A DNA stretch of 64,000 nucleotides, taken from positions 1,568,001 to 1,632,000 of the forward strand of contig CAWFSF010000006.1 in the NCBI GenBank assembly GCA_963818475.1, given 5' to 3'. Made by a program: the position numbers and the translations under genes. Below, piece by piece: positions 54,581 through 64,000 of the stretch. The DNA is from Nitrospirota bacterium. GTDB lineage: Bacteria > Nitrospirota > UBA9217. Within the stretch, counting starts at the first letter, position 1. Each line of letters opens with the position of its first letter. The notes beneath the pieces were generated by a model. It did not search any database. It was not told the origin of the DNA and worked only from the letters and a program-made list of their open reading frames with translations.

Positions 54581-55171
54581 TTATAGCGCCTCAAAACACG
54601 GAATGCAGAAGGATTTCCCGCCTTTTTCGCGGCTGCGGGATTCCATGACCTTCTCGTTGCACCGGGCGCAGCGCAGAGAGGCGCGAATGGTCGCTTTGGG
54701 GGGAGTGAGTGCAGCTGCCGGCTGGATGGCCAGGAACTCCTGTTCAGCAGCGCTGAGAATGGCGGCGGCCTTCTCCATTTTCAGCTGCTGCAGCTCGCGG
54801 GACACCTCTTCCCCCGCCTGCTGACGTTTCACGAGCTCCCCGAACCGGCTATCGTCTTCAAAGCCCCGGTAGTCCTCGGAGATGCGCACACCCTGTCCGG
54901 TCCTGCGATTAAAAAAGGTATAAACGTGCTTGCCGTAGTCCCGGAAAACAAGGTTTCCCTTGCCGAAGGTGCAGCCCGTTATGTACTGGATCGCGTCAAC
55001 AGCGCAGGAGTCGTTCTCGACGACTGCCACGAGCTCTTCGTCGTGCGGCCGATCGGCCTTAAGTTCCCGGAGCGCTGCCTTTGCCACGCGATAGCCCAGC
55101 GCAAGGCCCGGGCAGAGGTGGCCGTGGAACTGTACCGTGTCACGGAGATCAGCATCGAAATTATTCTGCAT
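54581..55171 (-). CDS. FmdE-family protein with C-terminal C4 zinc finger
   Basis: FHGHLCPG, CAVDAIQ..TGCTFGKGN, CARC..CIPC. Confidence 0.9.
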   Translation of the reverse strand: MQNNFDADLRDTVQFHGHLCPGLALGYRVAKAALRELKADRPHDEELVAVVENDSCAVDAIQYITGCTFGKGNLVFRDYGKHVYTFFNRRTGQGVRISEDYRGFEDDSRFGELVKRQQAGEEVSRELQQLKMEKAAAILSAAEQEFLAIQPAAALTPPKATIRASLRCARCNEKVMESRSREKGGKSFCIPCFEAL

Positions 55172-55227
55172 AAGAACCTCTCTTTTCCATAATTGCAGGT
55201 TACAGTGACAGGATTAAGCACTTTCTC

Positions 55228-55262
55228 AATCCGCAATCCGAAATCCGCAATCCGAAATCGAA
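55228..55262. repeat. Single arm of the AATCCG(C/A) heptamer element
   Basis: AATCCGC-AATCCGA-AATCCGC-AATCCGA-AATCGAA abutting a stop codon. Confidence 0.75.
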
Positions 55263-55547
55263 TTATTTTTTCAACACCAGCTTCGCCGCCAGGACCGCTT
55301 TGGCCCGTTTCAGATGTGCTTTGATCGACTCACTGTCATCAATGGCAAGATGAATTTCTCTCGCGACTTCCTCTTCGCCGGCCGAAACCGCCCGGGCAGC
55401 CCACTCCCTGTAGCTTTCCGCATGGCTGTCGCTGTGTTCGACCCAATGCTCAAGCATTGCCTGCAGCTTGCGCAGGGATTCCGTTCCGGCGTCCGGATGT
55501 TCATGGGCATGATCGTGTGCGTGATGGTGTTTGTGGTTGTCGTGCAT
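55263..55547 (-). CDS. Small His-rich protein (putative nickel-binding)
   Basis: HDNHKHHHAHDHAHEH N-terminus, HWVEHSDSH; between nikR and fmdE. Confidence 0.75.
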   Translation of the reverse strand: MHDNHKHHHAHDHAHEHPDAGTESLRKLQAMLEHWVEHSDSHAESYREWAARAVSAGEEEVAREIHLAIDDSESIKAHLKRAKAVLAAKLVLKK

Positions 55548-55568
55548 GGTCCCTCCGTAAATGGCCGG

Positions 55569-55988
55569 CTACACCAGCTCTTTCCCGGTCGTCGTCATGG
55601 TCAATTTCCCATGCTTGACCCCCCGGGTGCCGATGAGCCTGTCCGCGATCTTTCTGATCTCACGGCTTTTCCCCTTCACCACCAGCACCTCCAGGCAGTT
55701 ATGGGCGTCAAGATGGACGTGGAGCGCCGAGATGATCTGATGAAAGGATTTGTGCTGCATGTCCGTAAGGGCATGCTCCAGTTCCCGGGTATGATGATTG
55801 TAGACAATGGTGATGGTGCCGACCGTGTCCTCATCGCCGCCCTCCCATTCCTCATCGACCAGCCGGTCGCGGATCAGATCGCGGATGGCCTCGGAGCGGT
55901 TTTTGTATCCTTTGCGGGAAATAAGCGTGTCATATTTTTTCATGAGCTGGCCGTCGATCGAAACGCCGAACCGTACGAGGTCTGACAT
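55569..55988 (-). CDS. nikR: Nickel-responsive regulator NikR
   Basis: RFGVSI ribbon-helix-helix, [21 protein letters not shown]. Confidence 0.96.
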   Translation of the reverse strand: MSDLVRFGVSIDGQLMKKYDTLISRKGYKNRSEAIRDLIRDRLVDEEWEGGDEDTVGTITIVYNHHTRELEHALTDMQHKSFHQIISALHVHLDAHNCLEVLVVKGKSREIRKIADRLIGTRGVKHGKLTMTTTGKELV

Positions 55989-56077
55989 GGGCTCTCCTTT
56001 GGAGCAGCAGATGGACACTGTAAAGCTATCAGGGATGGTTTGTCAATATATTCAACGGCCAGACAAACGTCTTTTTC

Positions 56078-56258
56078 ACCACGGAGGCACGGAGACACGG
56101 AGGAAACCTGTAAACCATGGGAAGTGAAGATCCATACAAGTACCATGATCTTTATCGATTGTAATTCGCTTAGTCGTATCCTGCCTCTTCATAGCCGTTC
56201 TCCGCCTTGATCCGTGTCAATGGTTTTGATCTTCTCCGTGTCACCGTGACTCCGTGGT
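56078..56258. repeat. Palindromic (CACGGAGR)x3 octamer element, longer spacer
   Basis: Same arms as 16831-16908. Confidence 0.85.
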
Positions 56259-56265
56259 AAAACTT

Positions 56266-57000
56266 TTAGCAGCGCTGCAGCGAAAGCGGCAGTTCAAGGT
56301 TATTTTCTTCCATGAGCGTTTTATCGGAGAGGATAGTCTTCGACGGGCCGTCGGCCACAACGATGCCGTCCCTGATCACGATGCAGCGGGCGCAGACATC
56401 GAGGATAAGGTCGAGGTCGTGCGAGGCAATGATCTTCGTATGGACAAAGGTCTTGAGCATGGTGATGAGCGATCGTCGGGACCTGGGGTCGAGGTAGGCC
56501 GCAGGCTCGTCCATCACCAGGATGTCGGGTTCCATGGCAATGACCGATGCGATGGCCACGGCGCTCTTCTGCCCGCCGGAAAGGTGGTGAGGCGGTTTGT
56601 CCCTGAGGTCCAGGCAATTGACCGTGCGCAAGGCCTCGTGAACGCGTTCCCGGACGCACTCGGGGCTCATGCCCAGGTTAAGCGGCCCAAAGGAGACGTC
56701 ATCGAAAACGGTCGGCATGAAAAGCTGGTCATCGGGGTTTTGGAACACGATGCCGACCTTCCTGCGGACCTCCTGTCGCGTAGACTTCTGCAGCTCGATA
56801 TCGCCGATCGTTACAGTCCCCTTCGACGGCAGGAAATAACCGTTCATGTGCAGCAGGAGCGTTGACTTGCCCGAGCCGTTGGCGCCCACGATGCCGACCG
56901 ACTCTCCGTGCGTGATCCGGAACGAAATGCCTTTCAGCGCCTCGGTGCCGTCGGGATAATGGAACAGCACATCCTTGAACTCGACAAAATGGTGGCTCAT
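56266..57000 (-). CDS. ECF transporter ATPase (NikO/CbiO)
   Basis: [26 protein letters not shown]. Confidence 0.93.
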   Translation of the reverse strand: MSHHFVEFKDVLFHYPDGTEALKGISFRITHGESVGIVGANGSGKSTLLLHMNGYFLPSKGTVTIGDIELQKSTRQEVRRKVGIVFQNPDDQLFMPTVFDDVSFGPLNLGMSPECVRERVHEALRTVNCLDLRDKPPHHLSGGQKSAVAIASVIAMEPDILVMDEPAAYLDPRSRRSLITMLKTFVHTKIIASHDLDLILDVCARCIVIRDGIVVADGPSKTILSDKTLMEENNLELPLSLQRC

Positions 57001-57806
57001 CGCAGGACCTCCTGAACAAAACTTCCGAGCATGTCGGTAACCGGGAAAAGGCGAAACACGGCCAGTAACACAATCGTCAGGGAGATATACAAACCGTCGT
57101 TGGAACGGAAACGATACTCCTTCAGCGAAGGCATGTCGCCGCTAAAGCCCCGGGAGAGCATGGCGCTGTAGATCCGCTCCGCGCGCTCCACGGTCCTGAG
57201 AAAAAGGACACCGATCAGCCGGGCAACGACCTTCATGCTGCTGCCGCGGCTGCCGAAGGACCGCATGTCCCGCGCCCGGACAAGCCTCATTGCTTCTTCT
57301 ATCAGCACGAAAAGGTAACGATAGAGAAAGAGCAGTTGCGATACGAACACCGCGGGCACGCCGAGCCTGCGGAGCGCATGGCAGATGCCGGGAAAGGAGG
57401 TGGTTGCGATCAAAAGGAGCGCCGCGCTTACGGTAAGCGTGAACTTTATGAGGATCGTAAAAAAGGACAGCCAGCCCGCGGACAGCGGGACCCCTGCAAT
57501 GATCGCAACAGTCTTGGTGTCCAGGATCGGATTGAAAATACCGATAAAGACAGCAAAGGGCGAGACGATCACGATCTTTTTCAGCAAAAATCCGACGGGA
57601 AGGTCTCCCAGCGTAACCATCAGCACCGGGAACAGAAAGAACGGGATGAGGCCTGCGATCTCGTATTTGGAGAATGAGATGACCGTAAAAAGAAACAAGA
57701 GAGTGCTGACGACCTTCACGCGCGGGTCCAGCCGGTGGATGACTGTGTTCTGATAGGAGAGCCGGTCAAGCCGGCCGATGTTGAAATATTCTTCGTCAAA
57801 GCTCAT
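56997..57806 (-). CDS. ECF transporter T component (NikQ/CbiQ)
   Basis: HRLDPRVK, YRYL, RAERIY.AM.SRGF. Confidence 0.92.
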   Translation of the reverse strand: MSFDEEYFNIGRLDRLSYQNTVIHRLDPRVKVVSTLLFLFTVISFSKYEIAGLIPFFLFPVLMVTLGDLPVGFLLKKIVIVSPFAVFIGIFNPILDTKTVAIIAGVPLSAGWLSFFTILIKFTLTVSAALLLIATTSFPGICHALRRLGVPAVFVSQLLFLYRYLFVLIEEAMRLVRARDMRSFGSRGSSMKVVARLIGVLFLRTVERAERIYSAMLSRGFSGDMPSLKEYRFRSNDGLYISLTIVLLAVFRLFPVTDMLGSFVQEVLR

Positions 57807-57894
57807 GGTTTATCGCCGCCGGTGACATACTGAATTTATCGCCTCAAAACAGAAACAACATGATCGAGAACCACCACCCCAACCCTTACCATCT

Positions 57895-57978
57895 CCCCTC
57901 ACCCCAGCCCTCTCCCGCGGAGGGGAGAGGGAGCACGTCGTAGCCCCTCCCTCGATGGGAGGGGTTGGGGAGGGTGAT
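57895..57978. repeat. GC-rich REP-like multi-hairpin element
   Basis: CCCCTCACCCCAGCCCTCTCCC-GCGGA-GGGGAGAGGG ... CCCCTCCC-TCGAT-GGGAGGGG-TTGGGGAGGGTG. Confidence 0.75.
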
Positions 57979-58009
57979 GGTCAGGCAACCGAATAAACAT
58001 CAATTTTCA

Positions 58010-58142
58010 GTAACTACTCAGGTCAAAACCATTAGCCGCGAAAGATCGCATAGAACGCAGAGAGCTTTTAAAGCTGAAACCCAAGAACTGGCGCTTTTCT
58101 TTGAGTTCTCTGCGCTCTTTTGTGGCAAACCTGAGCAGTTAC
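58010..58142. repeat. MITE-like element with 14-bp terminal inverted repeats and internal inverted arms
   Basis: GTAACTACTCAGGT ... ACCTGAGCAGTTAC (13/14 match) enclosing GCCGCGAAAGATCGCATAGAACGCAGAGA / TTCTTTGAGTTCTCTGCGCTCTTTTGTGGC. Confidence 0.7.
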
Positions 58143-58224
58143 AATTTTTATTCCCCTTTGCACTGTAGTTCCTGGACGATTCAGACCGTTAGTAACACAA
58201 CTGGAGATCCGCTGACGTAGACGT

Positions 58225-59264
58225 TCAGGGATGCCTGCGCCTGACCGTTCTGATTCCCATGCCGATCAGCAGGATAAGGCCGAGCACCAGGATTGCTCCG
58301 ACAATTCCCGCCACAGACGTTCCGGTCTCGATGCCGGGCCATGACGGAGCGTTCTCCTTCGGCTTTACCGCATCAGCATCAGGCTTGATGTCATAATCAG
58401 GCATGAGAGCGGTCTTTTCCTGGATGTCCTTCAGTGCCTTCGGCAGCCCTTGCTCCTGCTCGGCCGGTTCTGTCTTGCCAATGATCTTGCTGATGGACCA
58501 CTCAAGCCCGTCCGGACGGGTCGAGGCGAACCACGAAAGCAGCCCCGCCGGTGATGACGGTAAGAACCACAAAACCGACCACAATGTTCTTCAAGGAAAC
58601 CGATGCTCCAGGTTGCAACGGGGCGGCGCTTCCTAATAGCTCCGGCCGCGTCGAGCGGACATAGCTGACCACCCCTGCGGTCACGAAGCCCTCAACAATG
58701 CCGATGGCAAGATGGAGCGGCTGCATAAGAAGCAGAAAAGCGCCGAACGGCAGTTCGCTCTTGCCGGACAGGGCAGTCTCCATGACCACGGAAAAAGCGC
58801 CGAGTTGAAGCGCAGCGACAGCGCTCACCAGCGATGCGAAAAGTATCCGCCGCGAACTTTGACCGTTTCCCGCCAGTCGGTTTATAGATCAAGGGATAGG
58901 CGAAAAAGCACGGATAGATCCCCAGGTTCCAGATATTGCAGCCGAGCGCGAGCAGACCTCCGTCGGCAAAGAACAGCGCCTGCACCGTCAGGACCGAGGC
59001 CATGGCGAGAAAAGCAGCGTAAGGGCCGAGAATTATGGCGAGGATCATGCCGCCGCCGATGTGGCCGCTCGAACCGGTGCCGGGGATCGTGAAATTGATC
59101 ATCTGGGACGCAAAAATAAAAGCGCCCATCACCCCCATGAGCGGGATCATTTTGTCATCTATGTTCTCTTTCAGTTTCTTTGACGCGCAGCCGATCGCCG
59201 CAAGCGTTCCAGCCCAAAACGTCGCGCCCACGGCCGGGGACAACAAAGCATCTGCCATGTGCAT
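58225..59264 (-). CDS. ECF nickel transporter S component NikMN/CbiM with PDGLE domain (two frameshifts)
   Basis: MHMADALL N-terminus, GSSGH, Q..FFADGG, H..IG..EG, PDGLE, MPDY. Confidence 0.9.
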
Positions 59265-59333
59265 GATAATTTCTCCTGGTTCCCTGTTCACCTGAAACGG
59301 GAGCCATAAACACAGTACATTATCCGACCACCA

Positions 59334-59360
59334 GTGCTACGATTATTAATTAAATAACAC
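59334..59360. promoter_or_regulatory. Putative NikR operator overlapping the nikMN -10 box
   Basis: GTGCTA-N15-TAACAC (near-palindrome GTGTTA-N15-TAACAC); minus-strand TTGACA at 59374-59379 with -10 at 59351-59356. Confidence 0.75.
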
Positions 59361-59579
59361 ACACAGTGAACATTGTCAACTTTCTTTTGGCTTGGGATAT
59401 GCGCGTAAAAAGGCGTATTTGCGGGAGGAAGGAACTGCCGGGTCAAGCGGAAACAATAAGCCCATGAAAATGGAATCATCTTGACAAAAAGAACATGGTT
59501 TGATACCCTGAATCACTGTTTCAGCGCAAACAGGGCATTCAATTTTTCCTTGTACTACTACGATCTAAGGAGGCTTCAC

Positions 59580-60329
59580 ATGAAAAAGATCATTCTTGCA
59601 GTTCTGTTGGTGTTCGTCATGGCAGTCCCTGCAATGGCAAAGACAACCATCAATATCGACACTTTGAGCCAGGCTGAATTCAAGTCGTTCAGCGAAGATT
59701 TCGGCATGGCCTTCAGCTACCAGCCCGTGTCCCCTGCCGCCCCGCTGGGAGACAAACTGCCCGGCTTCGACGCAGGCGTGGAAGTTTCCTACGTCAAGCT
59801 CGACAAGGGCGCATCCTACTTCCAGAAGATGGATACCTTAGCCGGCAATGGCGAGCTTCCCAACGCGCTGGTCATTCCCCGCATTCATGTCCAGATCGGA
59901 CTTCCGATCATCCCCATCGATCTCGGCGTCAGCTATGTAAGCATCCCGAGCAGCGACATGAAACTGACCGGCTACGAAATAAAATATGCAGTGCTTGAGG
60001 GCGGGCTTGCCATGCCGGCAGTCGCGATCCGCGGAGCCTATACCAAGCTCTCCGGTGTGGATGTGCTCGATCTTTCCACGAAATCGCTCGACATTTCCAT
60101 CAGCAAAGGCATCCTGATCTTCACGCCCTATGCCGGTGTGGGCCAGGTCTGGATCACGAGCGAACCGCACAGCCCGACCTCCTCGCTTCCGCTCGAGAAG
60201 GAAGATATTACCAAGACAAAGGTCTTTGTCGGCACGAAGATGAAGATCTTCCCCTTTGTCAATCTTGTCGTGGAAGGCGCCTTCTCGAACATAAAGGAAT
60301 ATACGGCTCGGCTGAATGTCAACTTCTAA
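59580..60329 (+). CDS. Exported probable outer-membrane beta-barrel protein
   Basis: Signal peptide MKKIILAVLL..PAMA, alternating beta-strand patterns, TPYAGVG, C-terminal Phe; GGAGG RBS. Confidence 0.7.
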   Translation: MKKIILAVLLVFVMAVPAMAKTTINIDTLSQAEFKSFSEDFGMAFSYQPVSPAAPLGDKLPGFDAGVEVSYVKLDKGASYFQKMDTLAGNGELPNALVIPRIHVQIGLPIIPIDLGVSYVSIPSSDMKLTGYEIKYAVLEGGLAMPAVAIRGAYTKLSGVDVLDLSTKSLDISISKGILIFTPYAGVGQVWITSEPHSPTSSLPLEKEDITKTKVFVGTKMKIFPFVNLVVEGAFSNIKEYTARLNVNF

Positions 60330-60357
60330 CAAGAAGCCTATCATATAACAGAACGAG

Positions 60358-60393
60358 CAAAGCCTCCGGTTTATTGGACCGGAGGCTTTTTTT
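60358..60393 (+). terminator. Intrinsic terminator
   Basis: AAAGCCTCCGGT-TTATTGG-ACCGGAGGCTTT followed by a T run. Confidence 0.88.
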
Positions 60394-60408
60394 GCGCCTA
60401 AAAGCGTT

Positions 60409-60437
60409 TTGACAACCCACACCCCCCATGTTATATT
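60409..60437 (+). promoter_or_regulatory. Sigma70-type promoter of fdhD
   Basis: TTGACA-17 nt-TATATT with TG extended -10. Confidence 0.65.
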
Positions 60438-60443
60438 CCCCTC

Positions 60444-61229
60444 GTGGATACCAGGCGCGAAGCATTGATCTTAAAGGTAACAGGCACCGCTGTCGAGGGG
60501 GTAATTGACGAGGTTGCGTCGGAGCTCCCGGTCAAGCTCGTGCTGAACAACGAGCAGTTCGTGACGCTCCTCTGCACCCCTGCCGAGCTCGAAGAGCTCG
60601 CTGTCGGCTTTCTCCTGTCGGAAGGCCTGCTCCGGAACAGGTCTGCGATCAAAAAGATCGAGATCCTCGAACAGGAAGCCACGGTCCGCATTGAGCTCGC
60701 CGATCTTCCCGCCGACCTCGGCGCGCTGTTTGCCACGCGGACCATCTCATCGGGATGCGGCAAAGGCATCACCTTTACGAGTTTCCGCACCGAAGCGGAC
60801 CGTCGCATACCGTTTACGGGCAAGGTCATGAGCCTGGGAGATATCAGACGGCTGCTCTCGACCTTCAGGAACATATCGGCGCTGTATCTCGAAACCGGCG
60901 GGGTTCACAGCGCCGCGCTCTCCGACGGCAAAGACATCCTGTTCTTCTCGGAAGACATCGGCAGGCACAACGCCGTGGACAAGCTCATCGGAAAAGCATT
61001 TTTACAATCCGTTCCCATAGAGGACAAGGTGCTGCTCACCAGCGGCCGCGTAACATCGGAGATCATGACCAAGGCGGCCAGGAACCGTTTCCCCGTCCTG
61101 ATCAGCCGCGCCGCGCCTTCCTGCATGGCCATAAGTTATGCCGAGGATATGGGCATCACGCTCATCGGCTTCGCCCGGGGTGAGCGCATGAACATCTACA
61201 CCTGGCCGAACAGGATCACGATGGAGTGA
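60444..61229 (+). CDS. fdhD: Formate dehydrogenase accessory sulfurtransferase
   Basis: LAVGFLLSEG, SSGCG, TGGVHSAAL, EDIGRHNAVDK, TSGR. Confidence 0.95.
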   Translation: MDTRREALILKVTGTAVEGVIDEVASELPVKLVLNNEQFVTLLCTPAELEELAVGFLLSEGLLRNRSAIKKIEILEQEATVRIELADLPADLGALFATRTISSGCGKGITFTSFRTEADRRIPFTGKVMSLGDIRRLLSTFRNISALYLETGGVHSAALSDGKDILFFSEDIGRHNAVDKLIGKAFLQSVPIEDKVLLTSGRVTSEIMTKAARNRFPVLISRAAPSCMAISYAEDMGITLIGFARGERMNIYTWPNRITME

Positions 61230-61262
61230 CAGAAAGCGTTTTTACGTAAGAGTAAGCACCAT

Positions 61263-61295
61263 AAAAAGGCCCTCCGGGAAAACCGGAGGGCCTTT
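61263..61295. terminator. Bidirectional terminator
   Basis: AAAGGCCCTCCGG-GAAAA-CCGGAGGGCCTTT. Confidence 0.85.
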
Positions 61296-61392
61296 GCTGT
61301 TTGTAGATGCGGGTTTCCTCACCTTCGAGGGGAGGATTAAGGTGGATGGGTTGCTAATGATAATCTGGCAATGGAGAAGTAATACTTCGCTC

Positions 61393-64000
61393 CTAATGGA
61401 TCACCCTGATGAAGTCCACGCCTTCGAACGTCGCACTCCCTATCCTGCCGGTCACGTGGACAGGCACCTGGTCGCCGTCCGGAAGGATTGCGATCATTGA
61501 GCTTCGATCGAACTTCACCTTGAGCACGTCATGATCATGCTCCGCGCGGTCTTGATCGCACCCGTGATCGTAGTGATGATAGCTGTGATCATAAGGCCGC
61601 GTCTCGGCAGGGACGACACCTTCAAGCCTGATCGAGGATAGGTCCACGTCCAATGCCCGGTATCCATGGGGTAGTTCCATCTCTACCATGACCCAGTTGC
61701 CGTTGCTCTTTTTATTGAGCGTCTCGGGCTCCACCTCGATATCGACATTGATGCCGGTCTGAGGCACATGGACCGTAAAGGACGCGTTGTTCATCCAGGG
61801 GCCGTACCGGTCGCCGTCAAAGGCCCGCGCCCGCCACTGGTAAGCAGTGTTATCTGAGAGCGGCGCGGCAAGCGTCATGGTCGTGATACCGGCGCCGCCC
61901 TGGGGCACGCCGGAGAGGGACTGGATAAGCGCCATGCCGCTGTAGATCTCGACGTCGTACGTGAGGTTGTCGCTGTCGGGATCAACAGCGTTCGTTACTG
62001 CAAGGAGCGGGTTAAGCGTCGCAACGGTGCTTCCCTCCGCCGGAGAAGACAGGACCGGCGCGCCCGGCGCGTCGTTCGCGGTGTTCACGAAGAACGAGGA
62101 CGCGTCCGACCAGCCGCTTGCAATAGCGCCGTCAAAGGCACGAGCCCGCCAGTAATAAGTGCCGTTCTCTGAAAGCGCCACCGGAACGGTCCAGGTCGTA
62201 TTGCCCGGCGTTTCGGCAAGGACCCCGGAACTCGCTGCCAGGGTTGACAGTCCCGCATCTCCATAGACCTCGAACTCATAGGTCAGGACGTCCCTGTCGG
62301 GATCAGTCGAATTCCAAACTGACAGCACGGGGTTGGACACCGTCACGCCGGAACCGTTCGAAGGATTGGCCGGAACAGGACCGCTTGGAGCGTCGTTCGC
62401 GGTATTTACGAAGATGCTGATAATCTGCGACCACGCGCTCTCGGCCGCTCCGTCGCTCACTTTCGCGCGAACAAAGTATTGCGTATTTTCCTGCAGCCCT
62501 TCCGCGTGCCAGGAAGTGGTTCCCTGTCCTTCCGCGATGCCTCCGGAACGGAAGATCTCTGCGCTGTCGAAGGTCAGGACCGTGTCGATCTCGAAGAAAT
62601 AGGTCAGGACAGCTGAATCAGGATCAGCGCTGTTCCTAACGACCACATCGGCGGCAAGAGACGCTGCCGTGCTGTTGTCCAGAGGCGCGGTGATCAGCGG
62701 CGAACTCGGCGCATCATTTTCCGTGTTCACGAAGAATCTGCCCGTTGTCGACCACGGTCCCTCGATCTGTTGGTCATCGGCCTGTGACCGCCAGAAGTAC
62801 CAGGCATTTTCCTGGAGGTTTACCGGGACCTGCCAGGACGTCGTACCCTCGCCACCTGCAACCTTTTTCATGGTCGCGGTGATCTGTGCAAAATCGGGAT
62901 CGAGGGCCAGGTCGAAATTATAGGTAAGGACCGGGCTGTCCGGATCAGCGGCGTTCGTGACCGCGAGCACCGGGGCAAGCGTGTCTACCCAGGTGCCGTC
63001 AGCCGGACTGGTCAACGTCGGCGCCGAGGGCGGATCGTTCGCGGTGTTCACCCGGAACGATGCTGCCGCCATCCACGGGCCGTACAGCTTTTCGTCATAG
63101 GCCCTGGCCCTCCAGAAATACGTGCTGTTTTCCTGCATATCGGCCGGCACGACCCAGGCGGTCGTCCCGGTCTGCTCAGCAGATCGGTCCGGACGAAGCG
63201 ACCAGGTGCGCAAGCCCACCGTCTGCGTATACTTCGAACTCATAGGTGATCCGGTCGTCGTTCGGGTCCGCAGCATTGCTGATCGTGAGGAACGGTGTGA
63301 ATGTGTCCACATCAGAGCCGGCGCCGGGCGAGAAGAGCGCCGGGACGGTGGGCGCGCCTTCAACTCTGAAATATGTTGCTGCAAGCGTTTCTTCGATGCC
63401 GTTGATATGCGCCCGGAGAACGACGAGATAGTCCTTGGCACTGTAGGCCGTGGTATCGATCGTTCCGCTCCCTGAATAGGCGGCACCGATGGACAACGTC
63501 GCCTGGGACGAGAGGGCATCGTACACGGTCTGGTTGACGGCATGGACGGTCTGGACGGAAAGCGATATATCCTGCAAGTCGACATTTCCGATGTTCGTCA
63601 CTGAATAAGAGACGTTCACGGGCTCGCCGGCCATGAGGCTCTGCTTGTCCACGGACACCTGACCCCGGAGTGCGGACTTGGGCGTTACGAAATTGCTGAT
63701 CACGAGGTTCTGCGCGCCTGTGGCGATGATCGATCCTGTCGCATCTTTCACTTCAAGCGTGACGGGATAGGTCCCCGGGGCGTATGCGGCGGTGTTCCAG
63801 AATGCCTTGAACGTGAATGACGCGCCGGGCATGAGGGTTGTGATGGTCTTTGTTTCCGAATAGAGTGCGCTTCCCTCCCCTGACCCTTGATCCATGGCCT
63901 TTGCGATTGTTATTTTCGCCGTCAGGTTTTCGTGAACACCCTCTCCGCTTTGGCTCGTGATGACGGACGTTATCGTTGCCTGTTCGTTTGCGTTGTAGGA
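61393..64000 (-). CDS. 3' part of a large surface protein with ~5 FN3/Ig-like ~100-aa repeats (5' end outside window; frameshift ~63180)
   Basis: Repeats N..ND.P..P.L.SP..G..V.TL.P.L.V.NA.DPD...LTY.F......F...Y.WR.RA.D...GPW...F; distinct C-terminal domain with a His-rich loop. Confidence 0.8.

Noticed and set aside
59265-59480. Cobalamin riboswitch upstream of the cbiM-like gene
   Set aside because: No convincing B12-box; a NikR-like operator and adjacent nikR explain regulation

Overview
A 64-kb, mostly minus-strand window of about 55-60% GC (visual estimate). It most likely comes from an anaerobic Gram-negative of the Nitrospirota/Desulfobacterota type, inferred from gene content and order. 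Many single-base frameshifts look like uncorrected long-read errors, so several CDS are reconstructed across ORF fragments. (1) 1-15 kb is an adhesin/surface region: a multi-OmpA-domain protein, and a ~2800-aa DUF11/isopeptide-pilin-like repeat protein led by a complete GEMM-I cyclic-dinucleotide riboswitch carrying the A20 (3',3'-cGAMP-type) signature and an overlapping terminator. A 1098-aa Ig/beta-propeller surface protein sits between direct repeats of the 3' end of an FAD-oxidoreductase gene plus its downstream promoter. (2) 16.9-46.5 kb is a ~29.5-kb, 28-gene ladderane/aryl-polyene-like type II FAS/PKS lipid cluster: 3 KS, 2 CLF-like, 3 ACP, 4 B12-binding radical SAM enzymes, a radical-SAM/SPASM-hotdog fusion, a CrtI-like desaturase, PaaK- and AMP-ligases, a stand-alone condensation-like enzyme, GT2, acyltransferases, MMPL and LolA. 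(3) tRNA-Phe, purF, purB, nusB and ribE-ribBA-ribH. (4) A NikR-regulated ECF nickel uptake locus with a His-rich protein and FmdE. (5) An outer-membrane protein, a probably leaderless fdhD, and the 3' part of another large repeat surface protein. At least ten short-period (7-10 nt) palindromic intergenic elements of several families are present, most of them just after stop codons inside operons.
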